Of a DNA stretch of 26,885 bases, positions 25,737-26,885 are shown one piece after another. The stretch is from a virus. Lineage: Duplodnaviria > Caudoviricetes. The translations under genes and the position numbers were made by a program. The stretch's first letter is position 1. Every line of letters starts with the position of its first letter. The notes beneath the pieces are model-generated. The model had not been told where the DNA came from, did not search any database, and saw only the letters and a list, made by a program, of their open reading frames with translations. The stretch covers positions 1 through 26,885 of IMG/VR virus record IMGVR_UViG_3300010239_000031. One strand, 5' to 3'.

Positions 25737-26885
25737 ATGAACATTTTTGATGAGATAGGGGACAAAGAATCTGTTTTTAAGGATAAGAAATATCTTGATC
25801 ACAGGTTCCTTCCTGACAGATTACCTCACAGGGAGGAGCAGATACGATCAATAGCCAAGTACTGGGTCGAGGCCCTCAATGGAGTGACACCTCCAGATAT
25901 CACAATCTATGGTAAAACAGGTACAGGGAAAACTGCAGTTGCAAAATTTGCCATGAAACAGCTGAAGGAGGCATCAAAGGACTGTGACGTGAATATAAGG
26001 ACTGAATACATCCGCTGCACAGATTACACAACAGAGTACCAGGTCATAGCAAGATTATGCCAGCAGCTTGGTCGTGATGTCCCCTACCGTGGCTGGACAA
26101 AGGCTGAAATCGTGAACACCTTCAGGAACATGTTCAAGAAAAACGCCTTTGGCCAGGACATGATACTCATGGTCGTACTTGATGAAGTAGACATACTCCT
26201 CAGAAATGATGGAGATGGACTCCTGTACACCCTCACAAGGACAGATAATGTCTCCATTTTATCCATAAGTAACTACGTGGAATTCAAGAAATTCATAAAA
26301 CCCCGGGTTAGGAGCAGCCTCCGGGACAGGGAGATAGTTTTCCCACCCTATGGGGCCCAGCAGCTTGTTGATATCCTTGAGGAGAGATCAAAGATGTCCT
26401 TCAAGGAGGGTGCCCTTGATGATGATGTCATACCCCTATGCGCAGCTCTGGCAGCCAAGGAGGAGGGTGATGCAAGGTACGCCCTGGACCTCCTCAGGAC
26501 AGCAGGTGAAATTGCCGATGAAAGGGACTCAGATAAAGTCCTGGGGGACTTTGTGAGGGAGGCCAAGGACTACATAGAACACAACAAGATCACGGACATA
26601 ATACTGACACTACCGAGCCAGCAGCAGAGGGTGCTTGAGGCCATACTCTACCTCACAAAGAGGAAGGAGGAAATAACCTCCGGAAGGCTTTATGAGGTCT
26701 ACAAGGAAATAGCAAAGGGGGACTCTGTTTCCTACAGGAGGATATTTGACTTCATAAACGAGCTTGAAATGCTCGGCCTCATATCCACAAATACTGTTTC
26801 ACGGGGAAGGGGAAAGGGACGTACAAATATCATAGACTTGCAGTGCGAAACCTCCCTCCTGGAGGACTCACTCTGGGGTGTTTAA
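25737..26885 (+). CDS. cdc6: Orc1/Cdc6 replication initiator
   Basis: LPHREEQI, Walker A GKTGTGKT, Walker [17 protein letters not shown]-terminal winged helix (ELEMLGLI...RGRGKGRT). Confidence 0.98.
   Translation: MNIFDEIGDKESVFKDKKYLDHRFLPDRLPHREEQIRSIAKYWVEALNGVTPPDITIYGKTGTGKTAVAKFAMKQLKEASKDCDVNIRTEYIRCTDYTTEYQVIARLCQQLGRDVPYRGWTKAEIVNTFRNMFKKNAFGQDMILMVVLDEVDILLRNDGDGLLYTLTRTDNVSILSISNYVEFKKFIKPRVRSSLRDREIVFPPYGAQQLVDILEERSKMSFKEGALDDDVIPLCAALAAKEEGDARYALDLLRTAGEIADERDSDKVLGDFVREAKDYIEHNKITDIILTLPSQQQRVLEAILYLTKRKEEITSGRLYEVYKEIAKGDSVSYRRIFDFINELEMLGLISTNTVSRGRGKGRTNIIDLQCETSLLEDSLWGV

Noticed and set aside
25737-26885. cdc6 as a virus-encoded initiator
   Set aside because: It lies outside the att-like core and has the canonical chromosomal oriC-cdc6 layout; capture by the virus cannot be excluded from this window alone

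Overview
Bases ~1-25185 are a psiM2/psiM100-like head-tail provirus of a pseudomurein-walled methanogen (Methanothermobacter-like). Its right end abuts the host replication origin (13-bp TTACACTTGAAAT ORB repeats) and cdc6/orc1 (25737-26885). From left to right it carries a leftward early operon of small regulators, an OB-fold protein and a histone-fold protein (1-3217), a divergent RHH repressor, a structured non-coding region and a leftward tyrosine integrase. A rightward late region follows: two TFB-fragment-like genes, two small membrane proteins, terminase, portal, head, tail (with -1 frameshift chaperone), an antisense membrane 'moron', tape measure, baseplate, two receptor-binding candidates and a PeiP-like pseudomurein endoisopeptidase. 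The most notable observations are a divergent viral histone fold, a split and order-permuted TFB-like gene pair, a 17-bp pure-AT att-like core in inverted orientation around the whole late module, integration about 20 bp from an ORB of oriC, and an endolysin with only two binding repeats. All protein calls come from motif reading by eye; no searches were run.
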